A DNA stretch of 47,237 bases from Octopus bimaculoides (taxonomy: Eukaryota), in contig NC_068992.1 of assembly GCF_001194135.2 (NCBI RefSeq), positions 4,063,247 through 4,110,483 on the forward strand, written 5' to 3'. Shown here piece by piece: positions 23,122-35,449 of the stretch. Every line of letters starts with the position of its first letter. The stretch's first letter is position 1. The notes under the pieces were generated by a model. That model was not told where the DNA came from. It searched no databases and saw only the letters and a list, made by a program, of their open reading frames with translations. A program made the translations under genes and the position numbers.

Positions 23122-23815
23122 NNNNNNNNNNNNNNNNNNNNNNNNNNNNNNNNNNNNNNNNNNNNNNNNNNNNNNNNNNNNNNNNNNNNNNNNNNNNNNN
23201 NNNNNNNNNNNNNNNNNNNNNNNNNNNNNNNNNNNNNNNNNNNNNNNNNNNNNNNNNNNNNNNNNNNNNNNNNNNNNNNNNNNNNNNNNNNNNNNNNNNN
23301 NNNNNNNNNNNNNNNNNNNNNNNNNNNNNNNNNNNNNNNNNNNNNNNNNNNNNNNNNNNNNNNNNNNNNNNNNNNNNNNNNNNNNNNNNNNNNNNNNNNN
23401 NNNNNNNNNNNNNNNNNNNNNNNNNNNNNNNNNNNNNNNNNNNNNNNNNNNNNNNNNNNNNNNNNNNNNNNNNNNNNNNNNNNNNNNNNNNNNNTTCTAA
23501 TATATCACTTAAAACGTATACATATATGAGTATACTCCAATGACCGAAAGTTGTAAAAGGTGAAAGGTGAATACATATATATATATATATATACAAGTGT
23601 ATTTATATACATATGTATGTATTCGTATGCACTTACAGATCGATTTACAGGGTAAATAAACATTCGTTTAGGTTCGTGTGAAGCAACGCAAGACAGGCAT
23701 TTTAGCATAGATTTCACTTATCTGTCGTGCAAATGTTTGCTTACTTTGTCTTTTCTACGTTATCAGATTTTAAGTTTACGCAAGCTTTTATCTCTCTGCT
23801 TCCTCATATTTACAC

Positions 23816-23847
<32 letters not shown>

Positions 23848-24526
23848 GTACACACACACGCGCGCACACACACACATGTAACAATGTGTATGTATATATA
23901 CGTGCATGTATATGCATATGTATATATTTATACATTTTGCATTATATATTATACCATATATATATACATACATACACACATACATAATCGTGAAAGGTAA
24001 GCCTTAGATTGTTCTATTGTATAACAAAACACACATGAATATGAGCGTGTGTGTGTATGTACATGTGTGTGCGTGTGTGCGTGCAGTGTGCGTGTTTGCG
24101 TGTATGTAAGTTTGTATATGAATATATGTTTCAAATATTTTCATTTGCCTTTACTTTCTCAACTCTATTCATTTCTGTTTATCATCAGCCAAGGTCGTTT
24201 TATATTCTTTTCTTCTCAGCCATAGGTGACCCTCATAAACATCAGACGTATATTTAAATAAAATTTGTATAGAGTTTCAAATAATTCTTTTAATCTAGAA
24301 AGCTGCTCAAAATATGGCGAGTGGGTTAGTTCAAGAAGCTTGTTCCTGGTTACCAGAAATGGTTATACAATTCCATTTGACACTGGAAACCAATTTGTTT
24401 CGTTTATATCACTAATTAGCTTCAGACTCACACGAACATCATTAGATTTCCATACGCCAGCTGCTTCCCACAACAGTTATATTTTAGATGTTTGTCCGCA
24501 GTTCATTGTAAGTTACAATCTATATC

Positions 24527-24839
24527 CAGGGCCGTCTTACAGGCCTCCGGGAAAACCAATGCACTGGGCCCTTATGCTTTTTTGTCTATTGAGAGTAAGG
24601 CACCGCATACATAGATTACAATTGAACCTGAAGACTGCTGAGACCCGCGCCTTTATCAATGCACTAGGCCCTAGAGTTTATTATCGAAAGAGAACAAACC
24701 ATAGTTTGCATAGGTCAGAATTGGGTCCCTAGACCGGTGAAGTTCCTGACAAATCAATATAGTGAGTCCTATGGTTTCTTGAAAGCACGCCACATCATGC
24801 ATGTATCAGAATCGGGTTGTAAGAGCCGTGAAGGCCCTG
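24527..24839. mobile_element. hAT-like MITE (imperfect)
   Basis: Left CAGGGCCGTCTTACA, right TGTAAGA(GCCGTGAA)GGCCCTG; internal AATGCACT(G/A)GGCCC repeated. No TSD preserved (TCTATATC vs GGACAACT). Confidence 0.5.
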
Positions 24840-24904
24840 GGACAACTGCCAAGTTTGGTCATGCTTCAAGCAGCACTGTCTGCATCAATGAAACTAAATA
24901 TATA

Positions 24905-24940
24905 ACAACAAAAACGACGATGACGATAATGATGATGATG

Positions 24941-25001
<61 letters not shown>

Positions 25002-25016
25002 TAATAATGATAATAT
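24905..25016. repeat. (TGA/TAA)n microsatellite
   Basis: Direct reading. Confidence 0.95.
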
Positions 25017-25020
25017 ATTC

Positions 25021-25240
25021 CTTGGAGAAGTTAATATTAAAAGTAGCATCGTTTTCTCCGTTATTATTTGTAATTGCACTAAAATACCCATAACTTAGGA
25101 AAGTTAAGATGGGTCACGGATGTGGGAAGAAAGGCCCATCATTGAACCATCTTCTGTTTATGGATAACCTGAAAGGCTTTAGATTAATCGAAATTGATCA
25201 TGACCCACTCATGCCAGCGATAGTAGAAGTACCAGAGATA
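25021..25240 (+). mobile_element. R4/Dong-like reverse transcriptase fragment (degenerate)
   Basis: Across frameshifts: LGEVNIK..., SFSPLLFVIAL, IPIT, KMG..GKKGPSLNHLLFMDNLK, corresponding to the QGDSLSPLLF and NHLL(F/Y)MDDLK RT motifs. Starts immediately after (TAA)n. Confidence 0.75.
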
Positions 25241-25251
25241 TGAAAACTAAG

Positions 25252-25345
25252 TAGTGAGGTCTATTTGTTCGAATAAGCACTCTCAAGAAAATGCCCCACC
25301 ATGGCCGCAGTCTAATGACTGAAACAAGTAAAAGACAGAAATAAA
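25252..25345 (+). mobile_element. SINE family A 3' fragment
   Basis: ATGCCCCACCATGGCCGCAGTCTAATGACTGAAACAAGTAAAAGA. Confidence 0.75.
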
Positions 25346-25400
25346 AATAAAGACAAACAGAAAGATGAAAATATGAAGCTATGTCAATTTCGAATATAAA

Positions 25401-26015
25401 CGAATTTGAAATTGGTGATCAGAGAGTGGAAGTGATGCATGAAATCTACTGTTTTTAGGATCCGAGAGGGAGGTGCTGAAACGAAATTAAAAGAAGAATA
25501 TTTATTGGAAGATATACAATGATGGAACTATAGAAAACAAAGAAAGATAATAAATAGGAGTGTCACAGTGAACAAAAGAGAAATTGGCCGAGTAAATGAT
25601 ATACAGAGTAATGATGCTTGGGCGAGAAAGCGAGATAACTAACAAAGAAGATAAATGGAAAATTGAGGCATTCAGAATGTGGGAAAATTCTTTACAATAT
25701 TATAGATGGAAAGAAGACGAGAAAAGAAACCCTTGCTAAATAAAGTATTAATTTTCAAACATAGATTAAAATTCCTCGGTAAAATTTACGAAAACGGAAG
25801 CCATAAAGAAAATCTTTATCTTAGAACCTGAAGGATCAAGAAGAAAAGGGTGAGGATGACGACCATGTAATAAGGTGGATAGGTTAAGTGGAAGAAGTGA
25901 GTGATCTCAGTTAGCTTCACATGTACCTAAGGGAAATGAAAAGCAGGATTGAAGACAGCATCAATATATCCATGAGAGGCTCAGATGTTGAGTACAATCT
26001 GCGGACACCTAATCT
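25401..26015 (+). mobile_element. Old RTE (BovB-like) LINE 3' region, heavily degenerate
   Basis: Peptide remnants VEVMHE..FLGS, IKRRIFIGRYTMMEL, DKWKIEAFRMW, RLKFLGKI, EGSRRKG..RP in the order expected for the RTE post-RT region. Confidence 0.7.
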
Positions 26016-26252
26016 AACCACGGAGTCAACGTTAAGTGAAAAGCTGAAAACTGGTTTAACTCTGCAAAAGTCAGTTCACGTAAATGTTAATAGAAACCAC
26101 ATCATTTTGTCTTTTCCCAAGTTACGGGCCCCGCTAAATGTTAGCGTTCAGTGCTATTTTCATGACATACAAATAGTAAAGGTTAATTTTCACCCATAAG
26201 TTGTTCGCTACGACGAGGACTATGATAAAATTTCCTCACAAGTTCAAAATTA

Positions 26253-26380
26253 GGCAGAGTGGTAGTAGTGTTGTTAAAGCACTGGATAAAATGCTCCATG
26301 GCATTTGATTCAACTCATAGCTCTTTGAGTTCGAATTTCCCTGAGGTCATCTTTGCCATTCATCCTTTTGGCTCGGTAGG
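26253..26380 (+). mobile_element. Old SINE family B copy
   Basis: GAGTTCGAATTTCC..GAGGTCATCTTTGCCATTCATCCTTTTGG. Confidence 0.6.
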
Positions 26381-26787
26381 AAAGAAAAGTAATAATCCAG
26401 GGCAGTAGCTTTATGAATGGAGCAGGATGCTTTGCAGTATCTGTTCCTGCTCTTTTCTTTCTCACAGAAACGCCTGCAGTGACGCTGTGCTGGACTACGT
26501 GCCCTAGAGAGCAGCATTCCTTTGGCTATCAAATGGAGCGTGGACAAAGAAGATCTTCCATGCTTTGCTTCTTGCTATTTTTCCAGAAATGTCCTTAACA
26601 CAAAGTTAGAGTTGCTGATATTTAAGAAGTTAAGTCCCCAGTCTCCCAAATACACTACAAAACATCTGTAAACGATATCGGGTTTAGCGTATATGTTGGT
26701 AATTCTACAACTTGCCCGACTGGTTTATTTCACTCTGCTACAGAAATAGGGAGCAATGAAATATTGATATCTTGTCAAAAGTCGAAT

Positions 26788-26969
26788 AAATTTGAAATGA
26801 GGGGGCTAGTCGATTACATCGATGTCCGGTGCTTGACTGGTAATTATCTAATCGATCCCGAAAGGATGAAAGGCAAAGTTAACATCGGCGAAATTGGAAC
26901 TTAGAACGTAAAAACGGACGAAACACCGCTAGGCCCGGCTTTTTAACGATTCTGCGAGGTCACCACCTT
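26788..26969 (-). mobile_element. SINE family B
   Basis: AGTCGATTACATCGA...GATCCCGAAAGGATGAAAGGCAAAG...GGACGAAACACCGCT..TAACGATTCTGC. Confidence 0.8.
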
Positions 26970-27613
26970 ACAAAGAGCAATGAAATATTATTTATGCTGG
27001 GGTTATGTAACCGAAACCTTTAAGAAAAAGGTTACTAATTATAGTAGTACCAGTATTTTTATTCTTTTTTCTATAATTCTATTTTCTGATGATATCTGAA
27101 GAGAAAGGGCAATTTTAGCCAAACATGTTAAGTAAAACTAATAATAAATCAAAAACCATAAAAATAAATAACTTTTTGACGGTTTTATAGATATTTCAAA
27201 ATTATTATGCTATGATGCTAGGTGTTTCCATTCTTTTGTCCAGTTCCTGTATGTAAGTTGAGGGAAAGTAGATTAAAGATGGATTTAATCTCCTTTCTGT
27301 CAACACCTCAAATGTAAAATTCTTCCCTGAAGATGGAGGCTGGTATTATCCAATGACAGAATCAATTTACAATCATCCGTTTGGACCACCAAGCCCCCAG
27401 GAATACCTGATTGACTCTTAAAACTCTTATTCTAACCCTTCAATTCCTGATATCATTTCTATTCTCTGTAAGTTGGACCTTTTTTTATATGTAAAGATAT
27501 GTACATTTTTTTTTGTATTAAATGTATTTGATATTTTTTGTATATCGACTTGCATAACTTGCTTATCCTTAAATTTACTCATATATATATATATATATAT
27601 GTGTGTGCGTTTG

Positions 27614-27679
<66 letters not shown>

Positions 27680-29139
27680 TATTCATATTATGTTTTCCTA
27701 TTCATCTGTGTTTACATAGAAGAAATCATCAATCGTTGATATATTTCTCCCCAACCCCTCCACTCTATCAAATTCACAGATGACATCCCCCTCCCCTTAG
27801 CACCATTCTTTTTCTTTTCCTCTACAAACCATTGCTCTATGATGCTTTGTCTTTTCTCATCCTCGCTACACATTTCTTCTCTGTCACATAGGTTAATGCA
27901 TTTTACCCTGACACACATTTTTTTTTTCACATTTAACTGCGCATAATAGCGAAGAAGACGTGTGGCTAAGAAGAGAGGGGTTGGGAGTGAATTTCGTAAT
28001 ACCATACACGTTAGTAAACTGAGGTTCTGTGTTTATGTCTGAAAGCTGCAAATTACCTATTCGTCAATATTTCTCGAGACCCAACTTGAAATTACTGTCA
28101 TCCATCATATTCTACGTCGTAGCTTTTGGTGTAATTTACTCCGTGTTGCGAGATAAAATATTCTGTTAAAGTTCATGTTGAATAAATATACTTTCATATG
28201 TCAAACTGCAGTGCAATTTTGTTCATTATATATTTTTAATTCAGATTTGAATATCAGTCCAGCGATCACTTGTAAATTGAATGGGATTTACGCATCATAT
28301 ATATATATATATATANNNNNNNNNNNNNNNNNNNNNNNNNNNNNNNNNNNNNNNNNNNNNNNNNNNNNNNNNNNNNNNNNNNNNNNNNNNNNNNNNNNNN
28401 NNNNNNNNNNNNNNNNNNNNNNNNNNNNNNNNNNNNNNNNNNNNNNNNNNNNNNNNNNNNNNNNNNNNNNNNNNNNNNNNNNNNNNNNNNNNNNNNNNNN
28501 NNNNNNNNNNNNNNNNNNNNNNNNNNNNNNNNNNNNNNNNNNNNNNNNNNNNNNNNNNNNNNNNNNNNNNNNNNNNNNNNNNNNNNNNNNNNNNNNNNNN
28601 NNNNNNNNNNNNNNNNNNNNNNNNNNNNNNNNNNNNNNNNNNNNNNNNNNNNNNNNNNNNNNNNNNNNNNNNNNNNNNNNNNNNNNNNNNNNNNNNNNNN
28701 NNNNNNNNNNNNNNNNNNNNNNNNNNNNNATATATATATATATAGGAGACCTCAGTATAATAACATATTTGAATTTGGTCGATTCAGTCCCTTGCTCCTC
28801 TGAATTTCGCCTGTGAGTGCACCGGCTGAAGGTATGATCAGCATTAGCCATTCTCTACTTTTAGTGTTTTACTTTCTTGTATGTAAATCTTTTCCTTCAT
28901 AAGAAGGAGACCGTCTCAAAATGAGAACCTCTCTGCTCAAACTTCAACCATTTAGTTTTTGACGTGGAAGCTTTGAGAACAAACAACACTATGATAAGGA
29001 CGAAAAATGTTTACCCCACATGTTTCCCCTACATGTAAACGGGTGTGATTGAAATTAAATTTCATCCGCTGGTTTCCATATTTCGTTATCCACCACTCTT
29101 TTTATAAACAATGGTGGATTTCCAAAGTGTAGAATGTAA

Positions 29140-29358
29140 CTCTTTAGCATTCACATAACTGTCAAATGTAAAAGCTAATTTATTCACATTATTTTGATTG
29201 AATCATTAATTATCTTGTAGCTGTTAGGTTTCTTTGATGAGAGTGCTTAATTTTAGAAGGACATTGTAGGATAGGTGGGAAAGGCCGGATCTGATCGGTT
29301 TGGACATTAAACAAACAGAATATTTGAACCAGGTATGACCGGTTTGAATGCTAAAGGG
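29140..29358. mobile_element. piggyBac-like MITE (219 bp)
   Basis: Left CTCTTTAGCATTCA versus reverse complement of right CCCTTTAGCATTCA (13/14). Flanks GTAA and TTCA are each one change from a TTAA TSD. Confidence 0.65.
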
Positions 29359-29620
29359 TTCAAGTGGAGGAAAGGGAGTTGATTAAATCAACATCATACT
29401 GATTTTTAATAGGAGCTCGAATTTGGGGTTTGGGTCCGGTCGATTAGGTGAACCCCAGTATGTGACTGCTACTGTCCTCAGCATGTCCTCTCTACCAGCT
29501 ACGGTCTTATGTGGAGGCTGTGAATTTGTTTTTGAGATTATGCTAGTTTGATGAGCCCTCTTTGCCATACTAGCTCGACATGGCTTAGCAGAGGTGTGCA
29601 GTTTGTTTTATACTATTACC

Positions 29621-29791
29621 CAGGTCGGTTAATCGACTCCAGTGCTCAACTGGTACTTATTCTATCGACTCCGAGGGATGAGAGGTACAGTCAGCATCGG
29701 CAGGATTTGAACTCGGACGAAATACTGCTAAGCATTTCGCCAAGGCGAAATACGGTGACAGAATCTAACGATTCTGTCACTTCGCCGCCTT
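29621..29791 (-). mobile_element. SINE family B, diverged
   Basis: AATCGACTCCAGTG..CTGGTACTTATT.TATCGAC.CCGAGGGATGA...ATTTGAACTCGGACGAAATACTGCTAAGCATTTCGCC..TCGCCGCCTT. Confidence 0.75.
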
Positions 29792-30390
29792 CGTCTTATG
29801 AAAATGATACAATATAATAGCAGATTTCTTTTACGTCACACATATATATATGAGAGAAAGGTTTTCATTCTTACAGAAACATCTGGGCAACTTCTTCACT
29901 TGTGTATTCTAAGAATATCAGGTCAACGAACGACACTGGTGACTTCCTTGTCAAGTATGTGGTGCTTGTGATTAATTTTAATAAAGTTTCGTGAAAGAAT
30001 GCGATGATGACCTTTTGTTGCTTTCTTCGAGGATTTTATTTTATTTAAAAAATTTTTTTAAATGACTCTCGAGGAGGAAATAGAGAAAAAGAGAGAAAGA
30101 GCGGTGCTGGGGTGATTGAAAAAAATTGAACCCCTATCCCCAATATTAGGCTGATAGCTTATTTATCACCTTCGAAATGATAAAAAGTAAATTTAACCAC
30201 GGAAGAATTTGAACGCAGGTTGCTGAGATCCAGAACAAATATCCAATGTTCCAAATATCCGATGCTCCGATGCCTCAATAATCCCTATACCGACATCTGA
30301 TTCCTGAATTTAACGTTTCAGTTACGGTAATGAATACAAACAAGCAAATCAGTAGATCGTAAGAATAAATCGATTACAACTTTGAATTAT

Positions 30391-30603
30391 GGTTTCAGAT
30401 TTTGGCACAAGGCCAGCAATTTTAGGGGCAGAAATTAGTCGATAACATCGAATCCAGTACTTGACTGCTAATTTATGTTATCGATACGGAAAGGATAAAA
30501 GGCAAAACTGACCTCAGCAGAATTTGAACTAGGATCGTAACCTGAAGAAACACTGCTGGTCATGTTTTTCGACGCACTAACAATACTGCCATCTTACCGC
30601 CTT
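30391..30603 (-). mobile_element. SINE family B (B1-type tail), diverged full length
   Basis: TTTTGGCACAAGGCCAGCAATTTT...AAAGGATAAAAGGCAAAA.TGACCTCAGCAGAATTTGAACT...TACTGCCA.CTTACCGCCTT. Confidence 0.8.
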
Positions 30604-30652
30604 TACAACTTTTACACTGATAATTTTTGTGTATGTATCTGTGTGGATGTAT

Positions 30653-30760
30653 AGGCGAGTGGCCAAGGGGTTAGGGTCATGAGTTCAATTCCTGGGTTGA
30701 GAATGCGTTGTGTCTTTGAGCAAGGCACTTCTTTTTGCGTTGATCCGTTCTATTCAGTTT
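30653..30760 (+). mobile_element. SINE family C fragment
   Basis: TGGCCAAGGGG A-box-like, GAGTTCAATTCC B-box, GCGTTGTGTCTTTGAGCAAGGCACTT; homologous to 10643-10855. Confidence 0.6.
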
Positions 30761-30946
30761 TAGTAATTACCAGTCAAGTGCTGGCATCCCCCTTACGTTT
30801 CCAGTTCCAAATCTGAAGGAGCTATCCTTATCCTTCTTCCACTGGGAAAACTAATAGAAGGTGATAGCAATAATATACTGGAGTCGATGAAGCAATGAAG
30901 TGTAAGATTAGAGAATCAATGAGCGTTTCTACACACACGCACACAT

Positions 30947-31114
30947 CGTTACGTTCTGAGTTCAAATTCCGCCGAGGTCGACTTTGCCTTTCATCCTTTC
31001 GGGGTCGATAAATTAAGTACCAGTTACGCACTGGGGTCGATGTAATCGACTTAATCCCTTTGTCTGTCCTTGTTTGTCCCGTCTATGTTTAGCCCCTTGT
31101 GGGCAAAAAAAAAA
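30947..31114 (+). mobile_element. SINE family B (tail type B2), 5'-truncated, young-looking
   Basis: GAGTTCAAATTCCGCCGAGGTCGAC...GTCGATGTAATCGACTTAATCCCTTTGTCTGTCCTTGTTTGTCCC..TATGTTTAGCCCCTTGTGGGC plus A-run. Confidence 0.9.
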
Positions 31115-31119
31115 TATAT

Positions 31120-31328
31120 TATTATTATTATTACTATTCAGGTGACCTGGATAATAATAATGATAATAACAACATCGAAAAATACCTTAGGAATGAGAAC
31201 CCAGGTTCGAAATTTCTCCAAGACACCTGATGAAGGCTGGAGGGTATATCAGCCGAAACGTTGTGTTAACAACAAACAAGATGGGAACAATTATGCGCCA
31301 AATGTAAATAATGTAAATAATGTAAATA
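31120..31328 (+). mobile_element. Short non-coding Penelope-like (PLE) element carrying a hammerhead ribozyme
   Basis: Contains the ribozyme below; (ATT)n/(TAA)n at the left end and (AATGTAAAT)x3 at the right end. PLE assignment is inferred from the ribozyme type. Confidence 0.65.
31222..31267 (+). ncRNA. Minimal type I hammerhead ribozyme
   Basis: Stem I GACAC (31222-26) with GUGUU (31263-67); core CUGAUGA (31227-33) plus an extra A; stem II GGCUG (31235-39) with CAGCC (31250-54); GAAA (31255-58); palindromic loopless stem III ACGU; cleavage triplet GUU. Confidence 0.85.
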
Positions 31329-31332
31329 CTGT

Positions 31333-31462
31333 ATTATTTTATAGACCCCGAAAGATGTGAAAGGCAAATTCGACCTCGGCAGCATTTGAATTCAAGACAC
31401 AAAGCCAGAAGAAATGCTGTGACGCATCTTACGTGCTTACCATTCTGCCAGCTCACCGCCTT
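31333..31462 (-). mobile_element. SINE family B, 3'-truncated, diverged
   Basis: GACCCCGAAAG..TGAAAGGCAAATTCGACCTCGGCAGCATTTGAA...TTCTGCCAGCTCACCGCCTT. Confidence 0.8.
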
Positions 31463-31904
31463 CGCAAGTATTCTTAATTAAATACAATTATTTGTAATTT
31501 TGCCAATGATTTTAGAGAATGCCTTCAGTTGTTGTTCTAAAATTATTCCTCATCGTCTCCTTTTCTATCTCTTCATGTTATTATTATTATTATAAACATA
31601 TTCGTCAGATGCTATTTAAAATGTGATTAACAAGAATTTAAATAACTATTGTTATGTTTTTCGACAGCTTGTCTATATATGCACGGATACGTATTTCTAG
31701 GTTATACTACAATATGTTTGCATGTAGACATGAATATAAATGTATGAAAATGCGGGTGATAGTGTGTGTAAAAAGGTGTATGTGTGTATGTATCTGATAA
31801 CCATTTCTAGCTTCGGTTATCCACGAATTGCATAAATATATAGCTAGACACATGCACAAACGGGTGGATAGATATGTAAGTATGCTTGTATGCATGCATG
31901 CCTC

Positions 31905-31916
31905 TCTATCTATCTA

Positions 31917-31981
<65 letters not shown>

Positions 31982-31997
31982 ATATCTATCTATCTAC
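31905..31997. repeat. (TGTC)n(TATC)n microsatellite
   Basis: Direct reading. Confidence 0.95.
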
Positions 31998-32476
31998 ATA
32001 TATGGCATAACATATGTTTCAACATAAGGTTACAGTAATTGCGAAAGTAATATATATATGTGTATATATATGTGTATATATATATGTGTATATGTGCGTA
32101 TGAGTGCGTACGTATTTGTGTATATGTGTTTGTGTGTGTCTGTGTCAGTCTGTGTGTGTGTAAACCATATGCAACAGTCAGATTTTTTCAGAATATGTGT
32201 ATAAGTCTATATGCGCGAGGATTGCCTGAAGGCATCAGACGTGTTATAAAATGGTGTCTGAGTTGTTTACATCGATGAGTTCATAAAAATTATACTGTTT
32301 ATTAAATAATGAAGCGACGAAAATATTTTGAAACATTAACTTTGAATGTTGAAGTGACTCTAACGGTGTTTGTGTGTGTTTTAAATGGCTTATAAACACC
32401 TTCCACCATTGTTTTACAGCACACAATCTCAGATCAAGTCGCTTTCCATGCAAGTACATCTCCGTAATAATAATAC

Positions 32477-32531
<55 letters not shown>

Positions 32532-33117
32532 CATATATAAATATATATATATAGCCACAAATACGTTCATACCAGCGTATATATATGCTTATACTCATTT
32601 GTGTGTGTGTGTGTATTTGTGTCTGTGTGTGTGTCTGTGTGTGGGACTGCCTTTGTATATCTTCACAACAACTACTATTTTCCGAAACAAGCCATTCAAT
32701 TAATATGTTTATTGTTATCTTACGGTGTAACGTTAAATCGTTTAATATGGTGCTTGAAACGTCGGCGTTCAAAACTGGAACAGAAATGATTATTGCTTGT
32801 AGATTAAGCCTTCCTTTTATATTTGTACTTTACATTTTCATGAGACATTAATTTCTTACGCCATTTTTATTATGAGATTGTTCGTATCTTTTGAATGGGC
32901 ATGAAGCCAAATAGTTTTACGAAGAATTATTCAAAGGATTTGTTTGGGGAAATGTTTCCGCACATTGTTGTATCAAGTAAGGCTGGCGTACATCTTTGAA
33001 CGCACACAGACGTACATTATACAGTAGAAGAAACAACGACGTCCGGGTGATTTTCTCCAAGTGTATATATGTTTATGTGTATTTGTGTGTATGTATATAT
33101 ATGTATGTATATGTATG

Positions 33118-33167
<50 letters not shown>

Positions 33168-34369
33168 TAAAATATCCTTTCTGTTCATATTGTCCAATGT
33201 ATCATTATTAACTTGTAAAGAAAGATCGAACCTTATAAATATAAATGTTTTTAATTTAGGCACAAACCCAGCAATTTTGAAGTTGGGAATATCGCTTACA
33301 TGTACCTCAGCACGCGACGCGTATTTCATTTTGCTAACCCCGAAAAAAGATACATCCATTCGCCGAAAAAGCATCGCAGAGAAATGACAAATCCCAAAAC
33401 AACATAACTGTTAAAAATTCATATGAAATATAACTAGGAATAAAATGTGAATTGATTTCGAAGAATTTAATAGGTTTTTAAAATCCTATTAAGTTCTTCC
33501 AAGATTATTTATGAGAAAAATCGACAATTGCAAAATAGTGAAACGTGAAATTACTGTAATATTTTGTTGCTATATTTGATGGATATTACTTTCATTTTTT
33601 TTTTTAAATTTTAATTACTGTAATAATATTGTCATGACAGCAGGTTTTAGACTGGCGGGCGGAAGTGAGAGATAAATGAATTTAAATTTAAATATGGAGA
33701 TGAGAAGTAAGAAGAAAGGTGACCTAGGATCTGAGAGTTGTAGAGAATCAGCTATAAGATTTGGGTAAAAATGCTGTTCGAAATCGCGAATAAATACAAA
33801 GTTCTTTTTTCCAAAATAGATTAAAATTTATTATTTTTAAGATTTCCCTATCATTTTAGATTGATCCAAAGTGTTGCTTAGTGCTCCTTTGCAATAATTA
33901 TATATACATTTCCAGAATGAGAGGAATTTCTTTTGAGTAACTTATACTGAAAATTATCCCGGTTCGTCAGTGGTTTATATTACGTCATTAGGTTATATTA
34001 CATAGGGGTCTGAATTATGAAAAGCAAAATAGAATCGAGTACATTTTAACGTTAAAATATTGAGCTGGAAGACTAAATATTATGAAATATATCTCAGGTT
34101 TCTCTCCGCTCTCTTTCCTTTTCGATCTCTCTCTCTCTCTCTCTCTGCTACCTTTCGACTAGTATCTTTCTGGCTAATAAAAGATAAACTAGCGTATTTC
34201 CAACATACTGGTCGAAGAACCAAAACTCCATATAAAATGCAGCAGGATTCGGAAACACAGTGACATAGTTTGAATAATTTCAATACATGTTTACTTTACA
34301 TACTACATCGACTTGTGTTCTGGAAATTTAGGTAGAATTTCGAAGTGCCGCTGTAAAAGCTTCGTGCGA

Positions 34370-34380
34370 TTATAATAATG

Positions 34381-34456
<76 letters not shown>

Positions 34457-34490
34457 TAATAATAATAATAGTAGCAGTAGTAGTAGTAGT
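34370..34490. repeat. (TAA)n/(GTA)n microsatellite
   Basis: Direct reading. Confidence 0.95.
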
Positions 34491-34592
34491 GGCAAGTGTC
34501 TTCTATTATAACCTCTGACTGATCAAAGCCCTTTGAGTGGATTTGGTAGACGGAAACTGAAACAAGCCCGTCGTATATATGTATATGTGCAC

Positions 34593-34634
<42 letters not shown>

Positions 34635-34636
34635 GT

Positions 34637-34667
<31 letters not shown>

Positions 34668-34940
34668 CGTGTGTGTGCGTGTGTGTGTTTGTATATATGT
34701 GTGTGTGAGCGTATGTGTCTTTCCGTCTGTGTTTGTCCCCCACCACTGTTTGATAATTAGTGTTAGTTTGTTTACGCCCCCGTGATGTAGTGTTTCGGGA
34801 AAAATACACTGATCGAATAAGTAGGAGGCTTAAAAAAGACAAAGAAGTACCCGAGTCGATTCATTCCACTAAAAGTTCTTCATGGTGGTGCCCCAGCATG
34901 ACCGCAGCCTACTGACTGAAACAGATAAAAGATAAAAGAT
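34491..34940 (+). mobile_element. SINE family A lacking the tRNA head, with expanded internal microsatellite
   Basis: GGCAAGTGTCTTCTA...GATTTGGTAGACGGAAACTGAAA.AAGCCCGTCG, then (TA)n(TG)n(GA)n(TG)n at about 34573-34715, then 3' body and (ATAAAAG)n tail. Confidence 0.85.
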
Positions 34941-35352
34941 TTTGGATAATATTTGTCTTTTGTATCAGACAATAATAGTCCAAATATTCAGCTTTTCTGT
35001 TTAACAATTAATTTCCCAGATTCACTCAAACACATAGAAATTCACACTTAAAAACAAAGACAATTAATACTGCTGGTTTCCCTTACCTCTGCGCACTTAC
35101 CCGTTACATCACTGACAGCTTTCAACCGCTTATTTCTAGTATAAACCAGTTCATCTTTGTTTTGAATATCTAAAAGTAAAGAACAGTAAAAAAATAGCGA
35201 GTATATGATACATCATGCTAGTTTGTCTCTTGTTTTTATTTTAACTTTGACCTAAATATTATATATTACTTTCTCTCACACTCTGTATGTATATATGTAT
35301 GTAGGTTGGCAGGTACGTTCATACGCACGTACGCACGTTGTACTCTATACAC

Positions 35353-35449
<97 letters not shown>

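Noticed and set aside
22954-23590. About 90-bp exact duplication flanking a (TA)n/N gap
   Set aside because: Same signature: identical sequence on both sides of a gap. It is more likely an artefact than an LTR or TSD, though long reads would be needed to exclude a real duplication.
27325-27360. CTGAAGA-TGGA...TCCA, hammerhead-like start
   Set aside because: GAAAC is replaced by ATGAC and no stem I partner is found; at best a heavily decayed relic.
33650-33670. GGCGGAAGTG ETS-like motif in AT-rich DNA, a possible promoter
   Set aside because: A single short motif with no supporting CpG-rich context or adjacent first exon.
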